Assembly (NCBI GenBank): GCA_965112735.1
Contig: OZ218955.1
Span: 3,038,001-3,102,000, forward strand
DNA: 64,000 bases
DNA from: Phaeosaccion multiseriatum
Lineage: Eukaryota > Protista > Ochrophyta, other classes
Direction: 5' to 3'
The position numbers were made by a program, and so were the translations under genes. How positions within the stretch are numbered: the first letter of the stretch is position 1; each line of letters starts with the position of its first letter. Shown here piece by piece: positions 34,299-44,805 of this stretch. The notes under the pieces are model-generated. The model was not told where the DNA came from and searched no databases. It saw only the letters and a program-made list of their open reading frames with translations.

Positions 34299-36356
34299 CT
34301 ACCCCCGTTGAGGCTCAAGTGCGTCAGGATCTGCCCTCGCCTTCTTCCGCGAAGGCTCTCCTTCAGCTCCCTCTCGTCCTCCTCCTCCCGTACCCTTCCC
34401 CTCCTGCAGCGTAAAGCCGTACTCGTCCATCAACGCCTTCACCTCCCTCGACAGGCCCTCCAAGCAGAAGAACTCCGCGGCCTGCAGAGCCTGCTTTGCT
34501 CTGATCTCGTCGAACAGCTTTGCACACTCTTTCCTCACTGTACCGCTGCTGCTGCTGCTGCTGCCGCCCTCCGCACCGCTGCTGCTCTCGTTCCCTGCTG
34601 ATCCAGGCCTCCTCGTCAGCAGCTTCTCCACGCTGCCCGTGGTGACGAACTTCACCACGGCCTCGAAGCCCTCCTCCGTAAAGTTCACTCCGTCATACTC
34701 GAGCTCAATCTCCTTCTTCTTGTCCTTTCCCTTTCCTTTCTTGCCGCTCTTGTACCCATACTTGGCAGGGTCCAGCAAGGTGGGGAGAATGCCTGCAGCA
34801 GAAGAGCTATTACCAGCGCTCTTGGTCCCATCCTCTCTTTCTCTGACCTTCGCCATCAGCTGCTCCACCAAGGGAATGCTCAAGCTGTACGTCTTCCTTC
34901 CCATCTCCCCAGTAGCCTTGTTCACCAGCCGTACCTGCACCACATCGTCCGCCCTCTCATCGTCACCGTCGGCAGTCACGGCAAAGTGCTCAGCCACGGT
35001 GTCAAACCTATCAGAGAGAGCATCCCTCTCCTCCCTGCCTCTGCAGAAAAACGAGGCAAGCACATCACCGAAGCCCTTCTCTCCTGCCAAAGCGATGACC
35101 TTCCCATCGACCGCAGCGCTCCTCTTCAGCAGGAACGCAGCCACCTTCTCCCGCGCCTCCTGGCTTCCTGGCTCAGCTAGGTAACCTTCAAGCATGTCTG
35201 ACACGGCTTGTTCAGCAGGATGCATGCAGGCCATCAAGGGACTTTGGCCCGTGTTGGTCAGAGCATCGATCTCAGCCTCAGCCTCCACAAGCAGATAAGA
35301 CAGCTCCATGTTGCCCAGAGCTGCGGCCAGGTGTAGAGGTGTCATGGCAGTCGTGCTCTTCACCTTGACCGAGGCACCAGCTCGTATCAGCTCAGACGCA
35401 ATCTTCACATGCCCCTTTCGGACCGCATCGAAGAGGGGGGTACAGCCATAACTATTCGCCAAGTTGACAGAGGCGCCACGGCACATGAGCTCCTTCACAC
35501 AAGCCAAACTTCCGCTGTAGCATGCCAACTGAAGCGGTGTGTTCATGGTGCCATCTCTAGCATCCAGCTGCAGCCCTCTCTCCAGCAGAAGAGGCAAGCA
35601 CTGCACATTGCCGTTCCCTGCGGCGAGGTGCAGGAGGGTCTCATTGTCATACTGCGTCTTGATTTGCGCGTTGGCACCGCCTTTCAGCAGCAGAGACAAG
35701 GCCTCCGCCAGTCTTCCCTTCTTCTTACCACCCATGCAGCACACCTGGGCTGCCGTATCACCGTCTCCATCTCTCTCATTCGGCTTTGCTCCAGCCTTCA
35801 GCAACGCTTCCACTCCCTCAGGACTACCGACACACGCTGCACAGTGTAGGGCTTCGCTGCCCTCCACTTCCGCGCCATGCCTCAGCAAGTACCTCAAAAT
35901 CAGAGAGTGATCAGCTCCAGCAGCAAAGCTCAATGCGGTTGCGACCGCACCACTCTTCTCATTGACATTTGCACCTGCTCCCACGAGTCCCTTCACCAAG
36001 TCGAAGTGACCCTCCCGTGCAGCTCGGTGGAGAGGTGTCCAATCAGGAAAACGCGTGTCGTTCCCACTCTTGGTGTCAATATCAAGTCCGCACTTCTGCA
36101 GCAGCTTAACGCTCCCCAGCATATTCACGCCCTTCTCTTCCAGGCACCGTGTCTTCTTGCTCTTGTCCATGTCGGCCAGGGCATGGAGAGGAGTGTAGCC
36201 CTCCTTCTTGAAGTGCTTCAGGTCCAAACTGATTAGCGCGGCTTTGAGCAGGAGCAGGAGGTGCTCCGTGCTGCTGGCCCCGCCCGACGCCTCCCACTCC
36301 TTCGTTCCCTCATACCACTCGTCCACAAACCGAAGCGTATCCTCAGGAGATGGCAT
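34299..36356 (-). CDS. Intronless ankyrin-repeat protein with a C-terminal degenerate BTB/POZ-like domain, 685 aa (paralogue 2)
   Basis: Collinear, highly similar paralogue of 29859-31943. Homology begins at MPSPEDT (36356). The upstream extension to 37313 is antisense to the SR gene and low-complexity. Confidence 0.88.
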   Translation of the reverse strand: MPSPEDTLRFVDEWYEGTKEWEASGGASSTEHLLLLLKAALISLDLKHFKKEGYTPLHALADMDKSKKTRCLEEKGVNMLGSVKLLQKCGLDIDTKSGNDTRFPDWTPLHRAAREGHFDLVKGLVGAGANVNEKSGAVATALSFAAGADHSLILRYLLRHGAEVEGSEALHCAACVGSPEGVEALLKAGAKPNERDGDGDTAAQVCCMGGKKKGRLAEALSLLLKGGANAQIKTQYDNETLLHLAAGNGNVQCLPLLLERGLQLDARDGTMNTPLQLACYSGSLACVKELMCRGASVNLANSYGCTPLFDAVRKGHVKIASELIRAGASVKVKSTTAMTPLHLAAALGNMELSYLLVEAEAEIDALTNTGQSPLMACMHPAEQAVSDMLEGYLAEPGSQEAREKVAAFLLKRSAAVDGKVIALAGEKGFGDVLASFFCRGREERDALSDRFDTVAEHFAVTADGDDERADDVVQVRLVNKATGEMGRKTYSLSIPLVEQLMAKVREREDGTKSAGNSSSAAGILPTLLDPAKYGYKSGKKGKGKDKKKEIELEYDGVNFTEEGFEAVVKFVTTGSVEKLLTRRPGSAGNESSSGAEGGSSSSSSGTVRKECAKLFDEIRAKQALQAAEFFCLEGLSREVKALMDEYGFTLQEGKGTGGGGREGAEGEPSRKKARADPDALEPQRG

Positions 36357-36859
36357 TGGTCTCTGTGCTTGCGAAATGGGATGGCGGATTATCGATGGCG
36401 AGATGGAGTGCAGTGGCATGTGGGTGCAGAAACCATTCCCCCCGGGGGTCGCTGTGGTTTGATTGATCCGATTGGGAGGCAAGAGCAAAGGTTGAAGGTG
36501 AGGGAGGGTTAGAAGGGGCGGAAGGGGATGTATTAGAAGGGATGAGAGGGTGGAGCGAGGAGGATTGATACATCCTGCCTTAAAACTCTGATTTTCAAAT
36601 GGATCTTGATGGATTTGCGGGGTGTGTGGCGCCTCTCTCCGCCACACCAGGATTGGGACTGCTTGGGGACGCATTGGGTTGCAGTGTATCTCTTCTGCCG
36701 CTTCCCGCTTTCCTTGTCTAGCATGTCCCTGTGCGTGCTTGTATACCGAAACACCTCTGACTCTCTCTGTCCTTGCCCCCTCTTCGCGCCTTACCTGCCT
36801 CTCCTCACCAACAGCAGCAGCACCAGCAAGTGATATACCCAGCAGAGCAGAGATCCACC

Positions 36860-39800
36860 ATGAACAATAATGCTCGTGTGTACGTCGGGAACCTCCCCAT
36901 GGACATCCGCCAGCGGGACGTAGAAGACTTGTTCTACAAGTACGGGCGCATCCGGTGAGTGGGAGCGAGAGAGGGAGAGAAGGAGAGGGGAGGAGAGGTG
37001 GGAAAAGTAGTATGGGGGAGACGGAGAGAGGGGCGTAGAGAGGGGTGAGTGGGACCAGAGACGGAGAGAGAATGTGAGAGGGGGGGAGAGAAGAGAGATG
37101 GAGAGGGGTGCTCAGCCCAGAGAGAGAGAGATGGACAGCGGGGTAGAGAGGGAGAGTAAAAAAAGGATAGAGGGGGTGCTGGGGAAGTGTGGACCAGAGC
37201 GAAGGGGAAATGGGGATGCCACGAAGAGAGATCCAGAGGGAGAGAGGGATGGGAGGGAGATGCAGGTGGAGAATAGTCATGGGAGAGAGAGAACGAGGCA
37301 TAAATGCCACCACGCTTTGAGGGAGGTGTGGGCTGATCCTTCAGGATGCACACGCTTCGGAGGGGTGATTCAAAAACGGGGCTTGCGGGGTAAAGAGTGA
37401 GTGTTGCGAGAGGGGGGGCGCTGTCTGAGATTCGCCACCGCAGACGTCGGGCAGGGCGGCATGATTCTCTATCCGCCCCGCTCAATGCCCTGACATGCCC
37501 CACACGTTGTCTTTGCCCTCCACCCGCCTAACTCCCTCTCTCTCTTTGATCTCTTGGCTCTCCTTGCTCTCTCTCTTTCCCTCTTTCTCTCCCTCCCTCC
37601 CTCCCTCCCTCCCTCTTCCTCCCTCCCCCTCCCCCCCGCAGTGACATTGAGCTGAAGCAGCCTGCCCGCCCTCCGGCCTTCGCCTTTGTGGCATTTGATG
37701 ACCCTCGAGACGCCCAGGACGCCGTCAGAGGCCGCGACGGCTACGAGATGGATGGCACCAGACTGCGCGTGGAGATCGCCAAGGGACAGAGGGACAGGCG
37801 TGACGACAGAGGAGGGGGAGGGCGCGGGGGAGGTGAGTTCAGAGAGGGAGGGAGAGAAGGAGGGAGGGAGGGAAAGAGGGAGGGAGGGAAGGAGGGAGGT
37901 AAGGGGTTGAGGCCAGCACAGCACAGGCGGAGGGGAGGATGAGGGGAAGGGAGAGGAGTAAGCCATGAGGGGATGGGGACGAATAATGACACTCGAAGCA
38001 AGTTCTGCTGCGTGTCGGGGCAACAGGAGGAGAGAAGGACGGGGAAGGGAGCTTGAGAACTGCAGTGCATATGCACTTGAGGCTCGGTTGCCCTACCCCC
38101 CCACGCACATACCTTGTACGTTTGGTTCTTGATGGGAGGCAGCTCGAGCCTGTCCACCCATACTCACGCGCGGACAGCCACCATCGATCGTGTGTGTGTG
38201 TGTGTGTGGGTATTTGTGTACGTGTGTGTGTACGTGTATGCGTGTACGTTTGTGTACGTGTTTGCGTTTTACGTGCGTGCGTGCGTGCGTGCGTGGGTGT
38301 CTTGCTGCTGCTGCTGCTGCTGCTGCTGCATGCAAGTGCTTACGACCGCATCGCCCCCCACATACACCCCTTGCTCCTTGCCCATGCCCATGGACTCTTG
38401 GCATATGGTCCTTAGGCGCGGGCGGGGGGGGAAGCGGTGGAGGTCAGTTCAGAAGAAAGAATGGGCTATTCTCCGATTGTGTTGCGTGTGTGTGCGTGTG
38501 TGTGTATGGTGTGTGTTGTGTGTGTTGTGTGTGTGTGAATACGTGTGTGTTTTAGACAAGAGTTTATACACGTACATCTTTTACAACGAGAGAGAGAGAG
38601 AGAGGGCGGGGGCAGAGAGAGAGAGTGCAGGGGCACACAGAGCAAGGCACGCGGACACAGAGAGAGGCATACGGGCACACAGGAAGAATGACGGCCGAAA
38701 GCAGCCCGTTGGAGAGGAGGACCGCGGCACCAGTCCCCGTCAAATGGCACACAGTGTGCAGTGCAGCATCTATCCTCACACTGCTCCGCCCTCTGCTGCT
38801 ACACTCTCCATCTCCTGCCCCGCCTTCCTTCCTTCCTTCCTTCTCATCCACCCCTGTCCGTGCCGGTCCACGTCCCGACCCATCCACTGCCATCCATCAT
38901 CCCCGTCCCGACCCTACCCATTTACTGCCATCCATCCCCATGGTTCACAGCCGGCCGCCGCACGGAGTACCGCGTGATCATCACGTCGCTGCCCCCCTCC
39001 GCCTCTTGGCAGGACCTCAAGGACCACATGCGTCAGGTTAGTGGTGGGTGGTCTCAGGACTGTGGGTGGGGTGGGTGATGTCAGGACAGTGGGTGGGGTG
39101 GTTGGTGTCAGGACAGTGGGTGGGGTGGTTGGTGTCAGGACAGTGGATGGTGTCAGGACTGTGGGTGGGGTGGGTGATGTCAGGACAGTGGGTGGGGTGG
39201 TTGGTGTCAGGACAGTGGGTGGTGTCAGGACTGTGGGTGGGGTGGGGTGTATAGTGTCAGGACTGTGGGTGGGTGTGTGCGTGAGTGGGCATGCCTGACT
39301 CGCATCCCATGAGTGGGCGTGGAGGGACACACTTATCTTTGTTGGCTTTTGTAGTAATTAACTCAAATGTTGCTCGTCCCCCGTCCTCCGCCCCCTCCTC
39401 CTCCTCCTCCTCCTCCTCCTCCTCCTCCTCCTCCTCCTCCTCCTCCCCCACCTCCTCTTCCCGCCCCCCCCTGTCTCCATTAATTCATTGCCTTAGGCGG
39501 GCGATGTGGTGTACACTGACGTTGACCGCATGGGTGGCGGCATCGTTGAGTTTGCCAAGAGAGAGGACATGGAGTACGCGCTGAGGAAGCTTGACGACAC
39601 GGAGTTTAGGAACCCCTTCGACAGGTACGCACATGAGAGAGAGAGAGAGAGAGAGAGAGAGGAGGGTGAGGCGGCATCGTGCGGGTGTCTGTACGGATGA
39701 AGTCAATGCCCCCCCACCCTCGGCTCTTGTTTCTCACAGGCAATTATGAAGCCCCCCATCGTAACCCTCCTCTCGCTTCTCGCCTATATGTTCCTTTCTT

Positions 39801-40052
39801 TTTGCCTCTTGCGCAGGAGCTACATTCGCGTCAAACTTCCCCGGGACGCTGCCCCTGGCGGTGGCGGACGAGGAGGGAGCAGAAGCCGCAGCCGCAGCCC
39901 AGGGTGAGTGGCCGAGAGGTTGCAAGTACGAGTCTGATGTATAGTCCGCTTTCTGTCCCATCCGTCCTAATGATAGTGAGTACCCCATCCCGTCCCTGCC
40001 GGCCCTTGCACCTGCCTGCCCACTCCGCCTCTTCGTCCTCTTACTGACTCTA

Positions 40053-40102
<50 letters not shown>

Positions 40103-40930
40103 GAAACAATTTCCTTGCCCTCTCTATTTCTCTCCCTCCCATCTGTGTCCCATCTGTTCGGCGTCACTCACCAGACGAGGAGGAGGGGGAGGAGACCGTG
40201 GAGGGTCGCGCGATAGGGGTCGCAGCCCCAGTCGGTAAGTCAAGCATATTGGCACTGAGGACGGACTCAGGCGCTGACGGAGGACTGGAGGCAGGACTTT
40301 GGCGTCTCGATGCGACGTCGTAGGTGTTGTTGTTGTTGCTGCTGCTGCTGCTGTTACTGTTGTTGTTGTTGTTGTTGTTGTTGTTAGATGTAAGGGTTTT
40401 TCTTTGCGTGGAAGGTGTGTTTGTTGCTGTCTCCTTACTCACGTTCGAACTGTCGTGTTTGCATCACCCGCCCTTGTCTCCCCCACCCTCCTCCTCCTCC
40501 CCCTCCTCCTCCCCCTCCTCTTTCCCCTCCTCCTCCTCCTCCTCCTCCTCCTCCTCCTCCTCCTCCTCCTCCTCCCCCTCCTCCTCCCCCTCCTCTTTCC
40601 CCTCCTCCTCCTCCTCCTCCTCCCTCTCTCTCTCCAACTCCCCGTTTCCCCAGATCTCGCTCCCGCAGCCGCGACCGTAAGGGAGGAGGCGGAGGCGGAG
40701 GACGGGGCGCCAGCCGCAGTGTGTCTCGATCGCGCAGCCGCAGCAGGGGAAGGAGGGACAGCAGCGCTCCACGAGACGACGGACCCGCCAAGGAGGAGGA
40801 GACCAACGGCGGAGGCGGAGAGAGGATGGACGACGATGGAGGAAGGGATGACCCGCCTGCAGAGGTGCCCAAGGAAGGGAAGGAGGATGCGGATGACAAG
40901 GAGGGTGACGCTGGCGATGATAGAGATTGA
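36860..40930 (+). CDS. SRSF1: Serine/arginine-rich splicing factor, SRSF1/ASF-SF2 type (RRM, pseudo-RRM, RS tail), ~307 aa. Exons: 36860-36954, 37642-37832, 38951-39036, 39497-39624, 39817-39903, 40175-40234, 40654-40930
   Basis: [73 protein letters not shown] and RS dipeptides. Phases are consistent. Confidence 0.93.
39045..39275. repeat. Intronic minisatellite with 18-27-bp units built on TGTCAGGACWGTGGGTGG
   Basis: About 9 imperfect tandem copies just after the SR exon 3 donor. Confidence 0.85.
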
Positions 40931-43022
40931 AAGCACACCAAGTGGATGCAGCGGTGCCCGAGAAGGGAGGAGACGAGGGGTCGAGAGAGGAGAGAGATAG
41001 AGAGGGAGAGAGGATTGGGAGAGACGGAAGGTGTGGCCACGGAAGGTGTGGCCGGAGAGGAAAAAGGTGCGACACGTTTGATTGAGAGGTGCGAGAGAGA
41101 GAGAGAAAGAAGAGAGACAGAGTCAGGTTTGGCATAGGCTTGTTAGGAATTAGGGGACGAGGGGTGGGTGGGAGTGTGGGTGTGAATTTGAGAGGTGGCA
41201 GGTGGTGTCTGGGAAGGAGAGCGTTCGTGCGTTGCCATCGCGGCATCATTGCATGGGGGTGCGCACTTGCGTGCGGGCTGGGTGGGGTGGGCAAGCGAGA
41301 GGGGAAGGGAAGATTGAGGATGGGTTGAATTCCCCCCACTGGGTGAAGCGCGGATAATGCACAGAGGATGTCGATCGATTTCTCGCTGGAGAAGGAAGAT
41401 AGATGGGAAGAAGGGGAGAGAGAGAGAAGGGCACGACGGGGGGCTTGGGCGTGGGATGGGAAGGAGTGGGCGGCCGTGGGGGGTCAGGGGGAGGAGGCGC
41501 GAGGCGTGCATACCCTACAAGAACATCATCCAGAGGCAAAAGGATACGCAACAGCGTATGGGCTGGCGATTGGGCAGCGGCTTGGCTGGGGCATGAGGCG
41601 GGCTAGGAGGAGAGGAGGAGCAGAAGAAGAGGAGGAGGAGGAGGAGGAGGAGGGGGGGGAGGAGGAGCAGGGAGCGAAGCAAGCAGGAGGGAGGGAGGAG
41701 GAGGCAGAGGTTCTACTGGAACGCGACTACGCGATGCCGTATCACCAACTGCTGCTGCTGCTGCTGCCGCGTGGGAGGGGCGGGCGTGGCCGTGCAAAGG
41801 GTAACAGTACGGTATATGATGCCAGTCGTTGGCCTGTGATCTGCTCCTGTTTGCCTCTGTCTGTGAACAAGCAGCACCAACAAATTGGGGTGTGTGTTTT
41901 GTTCTTTTCTTGCAAACAAATGCACAGAGCATTATCGATTGAAGCGAAACAACGTTACAATACTTTTCAATCGACGCACGTGTCACAAACAGGCCCCCTC
42001 CGGAGTGGTGCTGTATCACCAACTGCTGCCGCTGCTGGTGCTGTGCGGGGGTGGTGGTCGGGTGGGCTAACGCGGCTAGCGAGGGGCGGGGAGGAGCAGT
42101 CCAGACGAGGAGGGTGCATGAAGGCTATCCTTAGGATGGAGCGTTAGGAGGAGGGACTGAGCAGAGCTGGCTGGGCTGAACATCTGAGCATCTGAACATC
42201 TCTCTTCTTTCTTCTCTCTCATTGGAGTGCTGGCTGGGGCTGGGATGGATGAGGAGGCTGAACCAAGTCGAGTCGTCCTGCTGTAGCTGGAGGAGGAGAG
42301 AGGGGAGAGGGGGGCAGGGCAAGGCATCTCCAGCACACGCCCTGTCCGCCGCTGCTCCACCCCCTTTGGCGTGGATATCCTCCCCCCCTGGGGCTTCGCT
42401 TCTGCTTGGCTTCGATCCTCTACTTCCCACACAACCTCCCTTCCTTCCCTCCGTCCTTCCTTCCTTCCTTCCTTCCGCCCACATCTGTTCACACTTCCTC
42501 TTCGAGAGCCGCGCCCACAAACGAGCACCACACACCGGGATGGGTCGGCATTTGGAGGCATATGGCTGGGCGAGCGGCCGTGGACGTGATGGAGGCATGC
42601 ATAGGAGGAGGAGGAGGAGTAGGAGGAGGAAAGCAGCGCTGTCTGGTGATGTGAGGGTGGTCGATGCACGTGTCAATGTGCCCTTGGTTTGTTTTTGGGG
42701 GTGAGGGGTGTGGCTGGAGGCTGGGGGGGGGGGGGGGAGGGTGAGTGGGCTTTTGGGGGCTTTACTACTTACAGAGAGCGAGCGTTTCCACTACTCGTCC
42801 AGGTCTGTCTCTGCTTGTATTGACGGGGGTGCGAAAGAGTTGAGAGCTGTGAGGCCCTGTGTTTTTTTACTTGAGATTTTATGCTTCTGAAGAGGGAGGA
42901 GCTGCAACCTCCCAGTCTGCTGCAGAGTGTTGGTTTTTTTGCCTGTTGGTCTTCATTCTTCAGTTACTATGCTTCGTTGATTGTGTCATTCGTTCGTCAA
43001 TCAATGCCTCGGAAACGGGGCC

Positions 43023-43053
<31 letters not shown>

Positions 43054-43339
43054 CAGGTGGTGTGCGCTGCCCGTGCGTAGTATTTTTTGGTGTTTTTTTG
43101 CTCCGTGCCGCTCCATTCACCCCCCCCACCCACCTCTCCCTCGCCCCCCGCCCATACACTTATGGAAATAGTACGGCATTTGCCGATACTCCTCAATACA
43201 ATAGAAGAAAGAATGCCGATGGCTCCTCATTGGCATAGTTCCCCTCTTGTGCTCTTGTGTACCCTTGAAGGTCTTGAGGGCAGCCCTCGTCTCTCACGTT
43301 CGCGAAACGAGAGCTTACGACCACACAGCCACCACCACG

Positions 43340-43374
<35 letters not shown>

Positions 43375-43998
43375 GAGACCATCGTCGCAACCGTTGCGAC
43401 ACATCCCGATGTCACGCGCACACACACGCACGCACGCACACACAGAATGCCAAAAACAAGGGTTTCGCTGGTTCGCTGAAGGCTCTGTCTTTGACATGGA
43501 TTCAGCGAGGCATGCAATGCACATGACACACACACCCTCAACTCTACACACGTAGTCTCCTAGAGGACGGAGGCGCATTATTGACTCCGTCCTACATGTA
43601 CTCGTAGTTAGGGAGTGTACTCGATACATTGCGCCACTCCTTCGACTGACGTGAGGGAGGGAGGAGGGCTGAGGCTTCCACCCATAGATTACCACCCATC
43701 CGCCGACGTGGGGAGGTCCTAATCGTGCCAATGGAGTGCCATCCATAGCTCCTTTTCGTCTCGGACACGCTGTTATCCGCCCCCCCCCCCCAAGTAAGAA
43801 GCACGTGTTCTCCACCATCGATTGCCATCCGTCTGGCTCCACGCCCATCGATTGCCATCCTTCGGATCCACACTATAGACTGTCACCCATCTATGTATGT
43901 GTGTGTGCGTGCGTTACGGCACCTGCTGCCTTCTTTACCAATCTTATTTTTGTCCCAAACAGCCTACCAGGTACAGGGTGCTACACTTCCACTTGGAC

Positions 43999-44761
43999 TT
44001 ACACCTTACACGCTCCCCCCTGCCCATGCGACTGCTCCAGCTCTATCCTTTGCGTCACCGCCTTCACCACACTGCCCGCTGCGCACACCTCTTCCCTCCC
44101 CTGTACAACCAACTCCCTTGTCTCAGACAGGATGCGCTGTTCCATCTATGAAGGGAGATGGCAGGGGATGGGGGGGGCGGAGGGGAAGTGGAGGGGAGGG
44201 GACGTCAGCGAGGTACGAAGGCAAGCAAGTAAGCAGGGGATGGGGAGGGGGTGAGGGGACGGGCAATACCACACAATCAAACAATCAAAGCTCCGGTTCG
44301 GTCACCGCATCTGTGAGTGCTGTATGTAGGCTTGACCGTTACACACCGTTACATCGTACACAGACACGCATGTGCAGCGGTTGGGTGTGTTGTGTGCGTG
44401 TTGTCAAGCTCCACTCAAGTCATACCACTTCCAGTCATGAAGTCATCATCATCATCATCATCAGCACCTCCTCCTCCCCTCCTTCTGGTACAGACACAGC
44501 ATGGCTGTGATCTTGGCCCTCTCCACCCTCCCTCCCTCCCCTCCCTCCTCACCTCCTTCTGCTCGGTGCAGGCGTTGAGTGCCTCCAAGACTGCCTCATG
44601 CAGGGCGCGCTTCTCCTCCTCGTGCGAGGCTCTGACCCCTTCGAGCTCTGCCCTAAGCCCCTCCGTTTGCTGTGACAGGGACAGCAGACTCCGCTCCAGC
44701 TCAGCAGGGTCCCTAAGAGAGAATAAGAGGGGGGGGTGGGGGGAGGGGGGCGTCGCACACG

Positions 44762-44805
<44 letters not shown>

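Noticed and set aside
36357-37313. N-terminal extension of the 1004-aa ankyrin ORF
   Set aside because: It overlaps SR exon 1 and intron 1 antisense and has no counterpart in the paralogue. The start is placed at 36356.
39045-39275. Repeat array as a possible CRISPR
   Set aside because: No unique spacers, located in a eukaryotic intron, and no cas genes. It is a minisatellite.
40931-43290. Possible gene between the SR gene and NDC80 (for example ORF 41368-42147)
   Set aside because: Low-complexity, with no consistent exon chain or domain found.
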